Positions 38,870-52,378 of a stretch of 64,000 nt of DNA are shown one piece after another. Origin of the DNA: Paraspadella gotoi (lineage: Eukaryota; Animalia; Chaetognatha). The notes beneath the pieces were generated by a model that was given only the letters and a program-made list of their open reading frames with translations, did not search any database and was not told the DNA's origin. Position 1 is the first letter of the stretch. Every line of letters starts with the position of its first letter. The stretch lies in the NCBI GenBank assembly GCA_051294375.1, contig CM119264.1, positions 4,373,320-4,437,319 on the forward strand. Direction: 5' to 3'. The position numbers and the translations under genes are program-made.

Positions 38870-41800
38870 NNNNNNNNNNNNNNNNNNNNNNNNNGGAACC
38901 ACCAGAATTTTTTTCTTTTCGTAAACAAAGGCCTGTAGGGTGAAAAACTATTTGTGGTAAACATTTGTTTTATTTACTACTATTGGCAAATTTAATTTTT
39001 CCCTTTTCTGGAAACAAATAGTTTAAAATAGCTTAACGATTTCGCAGGAAAAATTGGATTTTTGGGCCTTTACGTGCAGTTTGAAAGAACTTATTGAACC
39101 GGAAGGGAATTAACGAGTTGGAAAGTTTTAGGACCACAAATATTCCCACTAAAAAAAATTGTTCAAAAAAGCTAGTCCGAGTTTAAACTAAAACTTTCTA
39201 AAGGGGGAGGGGCATTCTCTTCTTTATTTCATTTTTCCTTTTCATGTCGAGGGGGAGAAATATCAGAGAATTTAAATAATTCCCAGCAAAAGAAATGGGG
39301 TAATCTGGAACAAGTAAAACTTACTGGCGGGCCGCATCAGCGCAAGACGGAGGAAAGCTGCTGGCACTCCGGGAAGGGTTGTTGAAGCCCTTTTTACACA
39401 TAGGATCGATCGAATGCCCTCTATTACCAAAATGGCAAATATTTACAGGGGAAAACAATTTACAAAAAAAACTGTCCCAGGCAAAAAAAATCTAACCTGA
39501 GGTATTTATTTGGAACACCGGATTTGGACTGGGACGGTATAAAGATTTTCCCCACGGAAAGGGCTTCCAACCCGGCCATAAGGCGATTCCCGGCTGTTTT
39601 TTCCCGAGGGATCAAGCCTCCTCTTGACGAAACATAAGTCGTTTTTTTTTAAAGTTAAAGCCGCCCGGTTTTTGGGGCCGGACGGGGCGGGGACGGATCG
39701 AGTAAAAGCGGAAAATTTCGTTTTCGTTATAGCATTTTGGTTTTCGGGTTGGGAGTTTTTTGGGGACGGAGGGTCGAAGTAAAAGGTCAATTTTCTCCTG
39801 GAAAGTTACGATGATGATGGAGCGGTGGGGGTCTCTTTGAGGCAAAGGCCCTGGCGGGGCCCAAACCGTTTCGTGAGGGATTCGGTTTTAGTGTTGGAAA
39901 GGGCGATTATGGTTTTTGTGTGTTTGGAGTTGTAGTTTGTTTTGTGGATCAAAACGATGAAGACCGCGGAGGGGACCGTTCCCGGCGGGAAAAAGAATCT
40001 TTTGAAAGGGCGAGGGAGGGGGATAAGGTCTTGTCCCTTCGTTAAGGAATTTCCACCGAAGCGGGGTAGGAACGAGGACGGACGGAGATCGGGAAGGCGG
40101 AGGAGAAAAGGCTCCCGGTGGGACGTGTTAAGCGGGACATTGGCCGGGGTACGGGGGTAGGCCGGAAAAAGGGGCGGAAGGGGGGGCGGGAGCGAGGGGA
40201 AACCGAAGGGGGAATGGCCGGATCCGGATCGGCAAGGGCGGGGTTTGCGGAAAGGAAGGTTAGCTTCGGGAAAAACCGGCCGATTTTGCCAGGGGACCGG
40301 TTTTCCGTAGGGGTAACTCCCCGCCGGGCGACTTTGCGTTGGTCTCTTTTTCAAGGGAGTTTCGGGAAAAAGGGGGTTTGCTGGCCGTTTTGCCCGCACC
40401 GGCCCGGCCGGTTGGGAGGGGCTGAACGTCTTTCGGGGCTGGTGGACACCGTCTTGCTGGGCTGGAACCGAGGAACCCGTTGGACTTTCCAACGCTCCCG
40501 CCAGGGAGTCCGGAACGGGGCTAGAGTTCTCGAAATAACTTGATAAGGATTCCGGCGATTTTTTAATGAACCCTCGGGGCGAACAAAGGCGGTGGACTGT
40601 TCATGTTTGACTTAAACGAGGGGCGGGGATAAAAATTAAAAGGGGGACGCGGCCGCGCTCGGAAAGGGGACCCACCAGGCCGAAATTATAATAAGTAGTA
40701 AAAATATAAAAAATATTTAATCCTCCCGTCGGAATTCAGAAGAAATGATTCTTTTGGTTTTATTAAATTCCTAAGAAGGTTAAAATATACAAACGGGTTT
40801 TACTTTGGGAGTTTTACCAAAAAATAAGGCCGGCGCGGAGAGAAAAAAAAAAAATTTTGGAACGAATTACTGGTCTTTTTCGATTGATTTTGTGTTTGTT
40901 TTTTCTCGCTGCAGTCGCAAGAAAAACTAAAAAAATTTCCCTTTCTTCTTTCGCAGGAAAACGAGGGAGGGAGAGGGGGGACCAGAGTTTGCGCGGGTTG
41001 GGGCGACCGGAGAGGAAAAAGCGGCCGCTTTTACTGGTTCGGGAACGATCCCGAGGGCTGAACTCCCAACCTTCGCGTCGGCAATCGTTCCTCTTTAAAA
41101 CTCGTCGTCCCGCTTTCTTTAATTTCGGTCGGTTTCGTCAACTTTCTCGCCTCTCTCCGCTCGGTGTATTTCGAATCGTTTAAAATAATAAAAAAAAAAA
41201 GCAAACGTTACCTTTTCTCGCTCTGTTTCTCCACCTCTGCGCTGTTCCCTTTCGCGTTTTTTCGTTTCTCTTTCCTCCGGCAAATTGGAGAGAGGAAAGA
41301 GAAAACGGCAAGCAGGCGGTTTCAACGGGGAAACAGGGGGAAACTTATCTTCCTCCCAAGGCTGCCGCTTTTTTCCTGGGAGGTGACGTTTAAGAATAAC
41401 CCCGGGCTGCGGGGGAGGATTCGACGGAATCGGCGGAAGCGAATTTTGGTCGGGAAAAAGGAGAGCGAAATTACCGCCGTGTCCATCCCAACTTGGAGAA
41501 TAAAAAAATAGGAACCGCCGATTTGGGCCGGAAGGAGGACGGAAAGGGAGAGGAGGAGAAAGAAGTTCGGCGCGACCAGGACCAGAGGAGAGAGAGAAGA
41601 AAAAATTATTGCGTTTGGGTGCGTTTATGCCGCACGCTTGTTGTGTTGTTTTTGCGTTGCCGTTTGTGGCCGATCTGGAGGGTTTTATTCCTTCGCCGCC
41701 TTTTGCTCTGGAATTTCGAAAAAGAGGAAAAAAAAAAATTAATCGATTTTTTAAATTTTAGGACGCCGCGCTCGAAGATTGAGAGAGAGGGGAGAATTAG

Positions 41801-44800
41801 AGAGAAAGAAGAGCATAATCAGTAAAAAGGAAAATAAAAACGAAAAATTTAACCTCAAAAAACACGGAATTCAAAAAATTCCGGGAAAAATTGTGAATTT
41901 GAAAGAAGGAGGAAGAAAGGGAGGGAAAGCAGAGGACGACCAGTGTTTATCATTTCCCATTTTACCCAAAATTAAAAAGGGGGGAAGTGGGCAAAATGGG
42001 AGCGGCCCGTTGGAATAATCGGAAGGAAAAGGTGGGTAGGAGTGTGGCAGGGTCCGTTTTTTTTTAAATTATTGATGACCACGAAAAACCGGGAGTCGGA
42101 TGGATTTCGGCTGGCAAGGAGATTGAGCAAAAAAGGCATAATTTAATCCCAGCAATGGAGAAAAAACTAAAAATTAAAATTGAAACGAAATTCAAAAACT
42201 CCACCCAATAAGTCATTTCAAGTGGGATGAATATATAATTAATTTAAAAACATAACAGAGGCGGAATATCCTTGGAATCCGCCCCGTCCAAGGGCAAGGC
42301 AAGCACGATGAGGAAATTTCGGGGCGGGGCGTCGCCCTATATTCCGGAGGTGGGACGCCCAGCAAGCAGGGCAAGCAGGTTTTTTTCGTGCAAATGCAAA
42401 TGGCGATTTATTAAGTTTAGCGCCGCTGGCGAGAACCTATTCACCAACTTAGCACGGGGTCCGATATTAAAGAAGGTTATTGCATTTGGTTTAAAAGAAA
42501 AAATTGTTTACGATTATTTATCATGAAAAAAAAAATTATTTACTTCCCCAAAAGTTGTAAAAAAAATTAAACCCGATGCTTTGGGATGGACAGTATTGTT
42601 TGATTGAACATTTTGATTTTTCAGGAAACATACTTCTTTGGGAAAAAGGGAATTTAATCGGGGGATTTTAATTAAACATTAAAAATTGGAAGTTTCCAAA
42701 AACCCAATTTCCTTTAAGGGGGGAAAGGCAACGGATTTTGTTTTCATTTGTTGGTTGACTTGATTTAAAATTAAATCTAAACCCAAATTTGTTCTTTATC
42801 TTTTTTAATGAATTTAGTTCTTTAAAAACATTTTAAATGTTAAAAAACGGTATTTTTTGTTTTCGGCGGCATTACTTTTTGAACGTTTAAATTTTACAAC
42901 CGTATTTAAGGGGACCTAGATGTTTTTTATTTTTTAATTTTTTTACTGTTTTTGGTTTTATAGGGGGAACCATTTTCTTATTCTTGAACGTTCTTGGGAA
43001 CCGTTATTTCCAACAAAACAGGTTTTCTTTATTTTTAACTTAGGGTTTTTGAACATTTTTATTGTTTGTTAGTGTTCTTTGTTTTTTTAAAAAATAAAAA
43101 AAAAAAAAACGGCTTCATTCTGAAAAAGGCATCGGGAGGGGCAGAAAGGGGGAAAACGAGTTAAATAGTAAATGATGCTTAGTTAGCAGATATTGAATTT
43201 ACGGAAAATGCCAAAAGAAAAAGTGGAACAAAATTTTTTTCAGGGCGTTAATGGCAAACCCAATCCAAGGGGAAATTTCTGTTTATTTGTTTCCTTTGGG
43301 GAAAAACAAGTTTATAATCACAGCGAAAAAACGAACGGAAGGGCAGGGAATTTGAAAACCGATCAGGAAAAAAAAAAAATTTTGTTTTGTTTTTTAATTC
43401 TTCGGATGTTACTGAAATAATAGATTACATTTTTTAATTGAATTATTTGGAATTTTTTTTGGATATTTGAAAAAACCCATAAACATAATTGGGAATTATT
43501 TTGAAATAATTGAATATGTTTAAAAAATCGTAAAAAAGGGGTTGCCCAGAGAGGGTTGGTTTCTTTTTATTACTGGAGAAATTTCGCGCAATCTTGAAAG
43601 GGCCGAGCTAAGGAAGTTCGATTAATTTAGCAAAAACAAAAATTTACCTTAGTGTTTAATTCATTAATTGAGGAAGAGGCTTCCTCTTTCTTCACTAATA
43701 AAAAATTATCATATACTTATTAAAACATTGAAATAGAAAAAAAAAATTTAAAAAAACTTTTGCAGTTAATCTAAAGGTAAATAAAACCCCAATCTTCATA
43801 TAAACTCAAAATATATTTACTGTTTCCCCCATATTTCAAGAAACTAGGATTTTGATTCCGTTTTGTTTATTTCAAAACATTTTTAAAAATTTCATTAATA
43901 TTTTAGGAAGATAATTTTTTTTTAAAATGGGAAGGGGAACAATGTTTTTGGTCTATTTTTTTAAAAACCCCATACGGGCATTAGTGCAGTCTGTTTTAAA
44001 TGGGTCCCAATCTTAAAAAGGGAAAACGGCCAAAAAAAAAAAAAAAGAAACCACCATGTTATTTTTTAAAATACATAGGTTTTTATGTTTTTCTTATATT
44101 CTTAGTGTTTTCTTTTTGCGCCCTCCAATGTATTGATTTTTTTATTTTCTTATTTTAAAAAAATTTAAAAGTATTAAGTACAAAAACCTTATATTGGCGT
44201 GGTTTCCGGTAACGTTTACGTCCCGGAGTAATTTGAAGGGCCGCTTGGATTGGGCGGGCCGTTGGTGGAATAAGTTGTTAGCTGGAACCGGTATTCGGTT
44301 TTTTACAAAAGCAGTGTTCCTGGTGAGGGAATGGTATTTATCCCTGGGTGGGAAGTGACCGGTTTGTTGGAATTTCTTGAAAAGGAACATTTTTTGAAGC
44401 AAAAATTTAAATAAATTGAAAAAAACCCAATATAATTTAAAGAAAATGAAACATGACTGGCAAAAACCAATTTCAAGCAAACAATCCCTTTCAGGGTTAC
44501 ATTCGCCAGGGATTACGGGGTGAAATTAGCGGATTCACAAACTATTTTGGGTTAGGGGAAGGGGGACCAAGCGGCGCTTTACCCATCAACATTTTGGGAA
44601 TAGTTACAACCAAATAAGGTTATTATTCTCTTAAAATTAATTTGGGCGATTTCCTTTTTCAAAAAAACGTTTACTTTTTAAAGAGGAACTAAACTTTAAA
44701 TGGGTCGCACTTAGTAAGCCATTTAAAGGCGAGGGTTGGAAAAAATTCTTTTAAAATTTTAGCTTGAATAAAAAATTCCTAAAAGTAAAAAACAACAGTT

Positions 44801-47800
44801 CAATCTGAAAACCTTAACTGAAGTAAACAAAAATTTTTTTAATTATTTTAAATCCAATTTTACGCATTAAAAATATATTTATAACATTAGTACTTTTTAC
44901 AAAGGTTAATTTTTTTTAAAAGATTTTTAAACAAGATTTGGTTTCCTCGTAAAAAGTTGATAAAAATAAAACTTGAAAATTTATTTTCCATTTAGGAGGT
45001 TAAAAGGTCACAAAAAAAAATTTAAATAATATGAAGCTCCAAAAAAATATTAATTTTTTGGGGTTATGTAAACATATTTTTTTACATTTTTTAACGCAAC
45101 TTAATGAAAAAATTTTTAAAAAATTGCTTTATAATTTTTCTTTTAAAATATTCAATCTGTAAGGATTTCTTTTTTGTTCAAACTTTTTGAAAGGGAATTC
45201 AAAAAAAAATACCAAAAAAACTAGAACTAATAGAAAAAAATCTATTTTTGAAATGATTATTATTTATTTTTTAAGGGATAGCCACTTATTTACCAAATAC
45301 AAAAAAATTTAAAAAAAAAAATTTTAAGGGGATTTAAGGGGGTTAACCGGCATAAGGTTATTCATTTTTAACCTTAAGTAGGTTGTATTTTACAAAAACA
45401 TTTTTTCTTGCAAAACCAAATGGCGGTTAAAAAAATAGGTCTAAAAACCCAAATAAATTGGTTTATTTTTTAAGGGCGTGGCCAGTAATTTATTTCTTAT
45501 TCAAATTTGAAGTTAGATTTTTGGCGAATAATTAATTTTTCTTTTCTTATAAAGTATTTTAATTTGGAAAAACTTTGTTCAATTAGTGAAAGTACCAGTA
45601 TTTTAAAACATTAAGGTATTAAAAAGAAATTCAATGCATTACAGTTGTTTAAAAAAAATAATTTTGTTGACCCAAAATTTTTAAAACTGTTGGAAAAATG
45701 GATAAAAAACGAAGGAAAAATTCTTTCAGTTTTTGCCCTCATTAAACTAATGAAAAACCCATTTCAAAAATTACGAATTGGAAAAAAAAAAGAATTTTAT
45801 TATTAAGTAAAAAATAGGTTTACCAAATAAACTTATTTTTTTGGCAAAAAACCCCGTTTGTGATTTTATTTAAATCTTTTAAAATGTACAAAATTTCAAA
45901 AATTAATTAGTTTTAATTTAATTTTTAATTAATGAGAGAAAGTGGAAGACGGATTTTCATTATTTTGAATTTTTAACCTTACATTTAGAGTCCAATTTTT
46001 TTAAAAACTCTAATAGCCCATTAAGCCGATTGAAAATTTAAAAATGGGGGCTTAGTATACAGCGGATAAAAATTAAATCTATTTCATGAGGCATAGATTA
46101 AAAGTTTATTAAAATATTTTTTTGTCCAAAATTATTTCTTTTCTGGAGGGTTTACTAGCCAATTAAAAAATTTTATTTTATTATTAATTATATTAAAAAA
46201 AATAATTTTTTTTTTTGAAAATATTAAAAAATTTTTTTGATGGAATTTCTGATGGGGGGCATCAAAAGTTAAAAACGGAGGGAAATTTTTTATTTACAAG
46301 CCTTTTAAAAATTTTTACGTTTTTTCTCAATAAAAAATTCAAAAAACTTGATTAAAAAATTATTTCAAAGATGATAACGATTTTTATGGTTTTTTTCTTA
46401 TTTTGGACTGTGGGAAGGAAAAATAATTTTAAAAAAATATATACTTTGTGGAGGAACCACATTTTAGGAGTTATTCTGAATCTGGTTTATTAAAAATTAA
46501 AAAAAAATTTGTTGGCTTTCCATATATTAAATAAAGAAAAAAAAATAATTTATTAGGCATTAAAAAAGCCTATATAAGGATTGGCCAGAAGTAAAAAAAA
46601 TGTATTAAATTTTTGTTTGGAAGCTTTTAATAAGGGATCAAAAACAAAAGTATTCAATGTTTCAATTTAGTTTCTGAAAAGCCCTTGCCAAATAGATAAA
46701 ATAATGAAAAGAGAAAACCCAACTATAAGTAATTTAATAATTTATTAAGGACAGTGGAACAGGAGGCAAGGGTTTAGGTTTATAATTTAAAATTGTTGAT
46801 GAGGCCATTTTTTGGTAAATTTTTGTTTTGGCCGGAACCAAAGGTTTTTGAAAAAACCATTTAAAAAATTATTTATTTTAAAAAAAAATTATTATTTCTT
46901 ACTTTTAATATATCCTAAACCTAAAACCCTCCCCCACCCCTAAACCCCCCTAAAACCAAGCGAAAATTAAACCCCTATGGCAATTTAAATAAAATTCAAA
47001 AAACCCAATTATTTCGAACATAGAATTTTTAACAACTAAAAAACACGTTTAACAAAAAATTTTATTCTAGATTTTTTCTTTTTAACAAAAAAATTAAAAA
47101 TAAAACGTACGGTAAAAAAAAAAAGTAATTAATTTTAAATTAAAAACTTGTTATGAAATTTGGATACAAAACTATATAATTTAATCCTTGTGGGGCGGTT
47201 ATATTTTCACCACCGCCTTTCATTTAAAAATAAATGAAGCTATTTTGCCCTGACTTTGGAGGGTTTTAAGGGCCCTCGTTTTGATAATTTTTACTAACTA
47301 TACCTTTTTTATCAAACTTTGACAAAAAAAAATGTTATAAAAAAAAAATTAATAAAATAATAAAAAAAAATAGGATTATATACTGGCGCAATACTAAAAA
47401 TAAGTGGACGAGATGGAAAAAAACATAAGTTATGGGGAAATTAAAAGGCACCGACGATGGTAAATGCTAAAAGTTGGTTACGGGGTCGGGGCGAATAGTA
47501 AATTACCCGAATTTAAATAAAAAACTTTTTAAAAAAATTTTACTCAAAAAGTTTAAAAAAAAAATAAAGATTAAAATTTAGTTAGGACTACACAAAAAAT
47601 AGTTTTTAGGTCTAAAAAACTAGCTATCATTTTTTGATAAAATCAACTACCGGTTTGCAAAATGGCAGCTTTGTTCAATTTCAAATGGTTTTCATGTTAT
47701 TATGGGGGAAATTTTGAAAATATTTCACTGTTTAAAACTCTTAAGAGGTTAGAAAATCTAATGTTTCCCAAATAACAACCGTGCAACTCGTAGATCCCAA

Positions 47801-47862
47801 CGAGGCAAAGCAAACAAACGATCGCAGTAAAAATCAGTTGATTGAACGAGCTAAATTCTCAC

Positions 47863-48345
47863 CTGTCCGGGTTCATCTTGAATTTTGACAATTGGGTCGA
47901 GGCGATCGCGGGCTGGAATCTAAGTTTGTCGCCGGCCTGTTTGGATCCCTGGGGCCATTGATCTTTTGAGGTTGAGCCCCGGGCGATGGCCGTCGGGGGG
48001 GCGTCGTAGCGTGAGGGGGAGGACATGTTGACCCCACTTTGGACTCCCTCGGGGGATGACGGCGACGGGCCATTCCCGAAGAACCGGGCGTACCATGGCG
48101 GAACCTGAGGACGCGGTGCCGATTCCCGGCCGTCCCGGACCGTCAAGAGTTCTGCCGGAGTGTGGGCGGGACTAGACCGTGGGCGTTAAGTTTTCGGGCG
48201 TGCCGACCAGGGTCGGGGCTGGCCATGTCTCGGCGTCCAAACCGGCGCATGCGGGACGCGAGCGAGGAAGGGTCGATGCGGCGGCCGGGGATCGGAAGAC
48301 GGCGGCAAAATAGAGAGGTTCAAATCCCTCTACGACGCAGCGAGG
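47863..48345 (-). CDS. Candidate GC-rich coding exon in noisy sequence, product unknown
   Basis: GC-rich island ending in cag|gtgag donor on minus strand; reading frame unreliable because of indels. Confidence 0.3.
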
Positions 48346-48348
48346 GTA

Positions 48349-48377
48349 ATCTTCTCTCTCTCCCCTCGGGTGAGTAT
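48349..48377. other. Probable garbled PacBio SMRTbell adapter at centre of a fold-back
   Basis: atcttctctctctcccctcgggtgagtat resembles ATCTCTCTCTTTTCCTCCTCCTCCGTTGTTGTTGTTGAGAGAGAT and separates ~240-bp noisy inverted arms. Confidence 0.65.
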
Positions 48378-48787
48378 GACCTCGCTGCGTCGGTGGGGAG
48401 GGGGATGGGACCTCTCTAATTTGGCCGCCGTCTTCCCGATTTCGCCGCCGCCATTCGGGACCCCTTTCCCTTCCGCAATTCGTCGTCCGTCTGCGCCGGT
48501 GACGGCGGGGAAAGACATGGGGCAAAGCCCCGCCCTTGGGGGGACTCGCAAAACGCCGAAGCGTAACGTCAACGGTAGTTCAAAAGCATTCGGCGTCTTT
48601 TACGGTTCGGGACCGGCGGATGGTTCTGGTGTCGTTGTCTGTTATCTAAATGACTCCCCTTGTCTACCCACCCGTAATTCGCGAGCAGTAAAAGCGCCGG
48701 ACTTTTGTCGGGTTCAAAGATAAAAAGCTTCATTTTCGTCGCACAGACAGAGAGACAAGAGAGAGGAGAGAGAGAGAGGAGAGAAGA

Positions 48788-48818
<31 letters not shown>

Positions 48819-49351
48819 AGAGAGAGAAAGAAGAGGAGAGAGGAAAACAACTATTAAAAACATAAGGAACGAAATGATATAAGAAAAGAGAAAAAAAATT
48901 CTTCATCTCTCATTCATTATTCCGCCTCCGAAAAACTGGAGGGTCATTCCCTCGTAGAACGGGAGGTCGAAAAAAGGGCGGGGAAGGGAGGAGGGGAGGG
49001 GAGGGGTTAGGTTTAGTGATGGAGACACCTGGTAAATGGCCAGATGGCGACGAACGACGACGAGACGACGACGACGACGAAGACGTTGGCGATGTTTTGC
49101 TCTTTCTTTTTTTTCTTTTTTTTCTTTTTTCCTCCCGCGTTATGAATTGATGAGTCGGAATACGGAGAAACGTCAACGCGTCGGGGACAAAGTGTGACAT
49201 CTGCCTCGACGATGGTGGAAAGCAATTGACCCTGCAGGCGGTTGTTGTTGTCGTCGTTGTTGTCGTTGCTCCTCTTGTGGTTTCGTTAGTTATCGTTCGC
49301 TATTATTATTGTATTATTCGCTTGACGGGACGAAGCGACGGCTGTTTTCAG

Positions 49352-49419
49352 CAAAACGCTGCCATTGTTGCAAGGATGTCAATTGTGGCTGATGCAAGGA
49401 GTCATTGCAATTGCACGTG
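49352..49419 (+). CDS. Candidate 68-nt exon (QNAAIVARMSIVADARSHCNCT), product unknown
   Basis: ttttcag acceptor, g|gtaag donor, frame 0 open. Confidence 0.25.
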
Positions 49420-52290
49420 GTAAGCGACAGCTGGTTGATGTCGCCTCGAATGCAGGAAACCTATTTGCGTTGTTGTTGTCCCTGTCGTTGCCGCCCAAAA
49501 TTGACGTCGTAAGATGCGGTGAGACAGTGAATCGATGAAGGAGGGTGGGGCAGTGAAAGTGACCGTGAAAGGAGGAACGCGTGATTGTGAGTTAACGAGA
49601 ATGGGAGGGTGTTGAGGTGGAGGGGCAAGAGGGGCAAGGGGAGCAAAGGATGAGACAAATTTCGACTCATAAATTTTTGAAAGTTGAATATATTTTCCCA
49701 ACGGGTTCATTTTTTATGGAGGAAGGGAAAATCTGTTGAATTTTAGGAAGAAGGGATGAAAAGGAAATGTGAAGAAAAAAGGTAGAAAGAAAAGGGAAGA
49801 GATGAAAAAGTAATCTGTTTATATTAAAGATAAAAAGATATAAATTCGTACTAAGTTTTGACTTAAAAATAAAAAATGTACAATTATTTATTTTACTATA
49901 ATGCACTAAGTTTTTTTAAAGTTTAAAAAGTTATATGGTATAGTTAAAGGTAGATGAAAGAAGATCGTGAATTGATGTAAGCTGTGATTCTATCCGAGAA
50001 AGAAAAATAAAGAGGAAAAAAAGAGATGAATTAATGCGAAAGGAAAAAATATTAGGATTTGAAGGTGAGTTAATTCAAGGATTAGAAGAGGAAAAAGGAA
50101 AGGAGGGGAAATATGAAGAGATTAGAGGAAAGGAGGATTAGAGAGGGGAGAAAGAGGAAAGGAGGGGAAATATGAAGAGATTAGAGGAAAGGAGNNNNNN
50201 NNNNNNNNNNNNNNNNNNNNNNNNNNNNNNNNNNNNNNNNNNNNNNNNNNNNNNNNNNNNNNNNNNNNNNNNNNNNNNNNNNNNNNNNNNNNNNNNNNNN
50301 NNNNNNNNNNNNNNNNNNNNNNNNNNNNNNNNNNNNNNNNNNNNNNNNNNNNNNNNNNNNNNNNNNNNNNNNNNNNNNNNNNNNNNNNNNNNNNNNNNNN
50401 NNNNNNNNNNNNNNNNNNNNNNNNNNNNNNNNNNNNNNNNNNNNNNNNNNNNNNNNNNNNAAATAGGAAAGATAAAATTATATGGAAAGAGAATTGGAAG
50501 ATAAGAAGAAGGAAGGAAGGAGAAAAGTAGCGAAAACATATTGATTGTACCAATTTCATTAATAATAAAATGCAAAAATAAAGTGGAAAAACAATGAATG
50601 TAAAAGATGCGAAAAAAAGGTAAATAAAGGAAATATGATCGGATAGAAAAAGAAAAAGAGAAGTAGATTGAATAAAAATAATAGAAAAGAATGCAGAAGA
50701 TTGTAGAAAGAGAGAGAGACGAGAGAGAGAGGAACGAGAGAGAGAGTGGAGAAGAGAGAGGAGAGAAGGCAGAAGACGAGGAGAGAGAGACTTGCCAACG
50801 ATTCGATGAGCCCGACGGTTAAGCATCGCTCAAGTCATTGTAGCAATTGTGTCATGTTACGTCTGTTGCGTCCTCCATGGAGTCGTCGTCTCGTCGTTCG
50901 TCGGTCGTCGTCGTCGTCGTCTGCTTCGTCGAGAAATAATTAACGGAGTTTTCGCAGCGAATCGAACGAACAGTTTTTCTCGTTCGTCTTTCTCTTCCTC
51001 TCTCTTTTCTTCTCTCTCTCTTCTTCTTTCATCTCTCTCTATCTTCTACTCTCTTCTCGGGTCTCCTCTCTCTCTCTCATCTCTCTCTATCCTTTCCTTC
51101 AGGGGAAGAACTTGCGTTTATTTTAGTTCTCTCGGAATCGCGTCGTCGTCGTCGTCATCGACGTCGTCCTTCTCGTTGTTGTCCTCCTCTTCCTCCCCGT
51201 TATAATCCCCTCTTCCTCCTCCTCCTCCTCCTCCTCCTCCTCCTCCTGCTCGAGAGCAAAGCTTCTCTCTTCTGGTTTAGTCGCCATTTCAGTCGCTCGA
51301 GTCTCGCGATGCATTTTTCCTCCTCTGGAGATCTCGTCCTCTCGTCGTTGTTGTTTTCGTCGTCGTTGTTGTTTGTTGCTATTGTTTTTGTCTTCCTCGT
51401 ACGTAATTTTCTTCATTTACATCGTGAATACGTTTTCTACAAGCATCAACATTTTTTTTAAAAGCGTTCCTATCATTCGTTTAAAAACAAAACCATTTTC
51501 GTGAATAATGAAATATTTTGGTTCGTTTCTCTAAATAAATAAAAAAACTGGTAAACTTGTTTTTTCATTAAAAGAAACGTTTTTGCTTCGGTTTCTTTAC
51601 TTTATCCTTGGAAAAAAGAGTGAAAGGACTGAGAGAAGAGAAGAAAGAGAAGGGAAAAGAGAAAGAGAAGGAGAAAGAGAAAGAGAAAAAGAAGGAGAAA
51701 GAGAAATAGAAGGTGAAAGAGAAGAGAAGAAAAAGCAGAATAAAAAAGGGAGAAAGAAGGAAGAATTGAAAAGAGAAAAGAATAAAGAAAGAAATAAAGA
51801 GAAAAAAAAGAAAGATATAAAAAATTAATAAAAGAAAGAAAGAAAGAAAGAAAGAAAGAAAAGAAAAAAGAAAGAAGAGAAAGAAAGAAAGATAGAAATA
51901 AAAAAATAAATGAAAAAAGAAAAAAAGAAAAAAAAAAAGAAAAGAAAAAAGAAAAAGGAAAGAAAGAAAGAAAGAAAGAAAAGAAAAGAAAGGAGACAAG
52001 AAAAATAATAGAAAAACAAAAACAAACAAATGAAAAAGTAACGAAAATCAGTCAAGCAATCAAGCAAAGCAAGCCAGCACGCTTTCTCAATGGTCCAATC
52101 ATCGGAAAATTCACGATATTCAGTTCAGCGTGACGCCTTTTTATCTGCAGCGGAATTAAAACGAACACAAAAAAAAATAATAAAAATTCAAAATAAAACG
52201 AATAAAAAAGAAAAGAAGAATAGAGCAAATAAAAAGGAACAAAAGGCAATAAAAGGCCAAAAAAAGGGAAAAAATGAGCATCTGGTTCGG

Positions 52291-52292
<2 letters not shown>

Positions 52293-52376
<84 letters not shown>
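52293..52376. repeat. (TC)n microsatellite
   Basis: Direct reading. Confidence 0.95.

Positions 52377-52378
<2 letters not shown>

Noticed and set aside
39806-40492. 228-aa Pro-rich ORF as an intact gene
   Set aside because: Homopolymer-inflated sequence makes the frame unreliable; kept only as a possible exon island.
50821-50880. KHRSSHCSNC...PW resembling a DHHC palmitoyltransferase motif
   Set aside because: No DHHC tetrapeptide, wrong spacing and no upstream CxxC.
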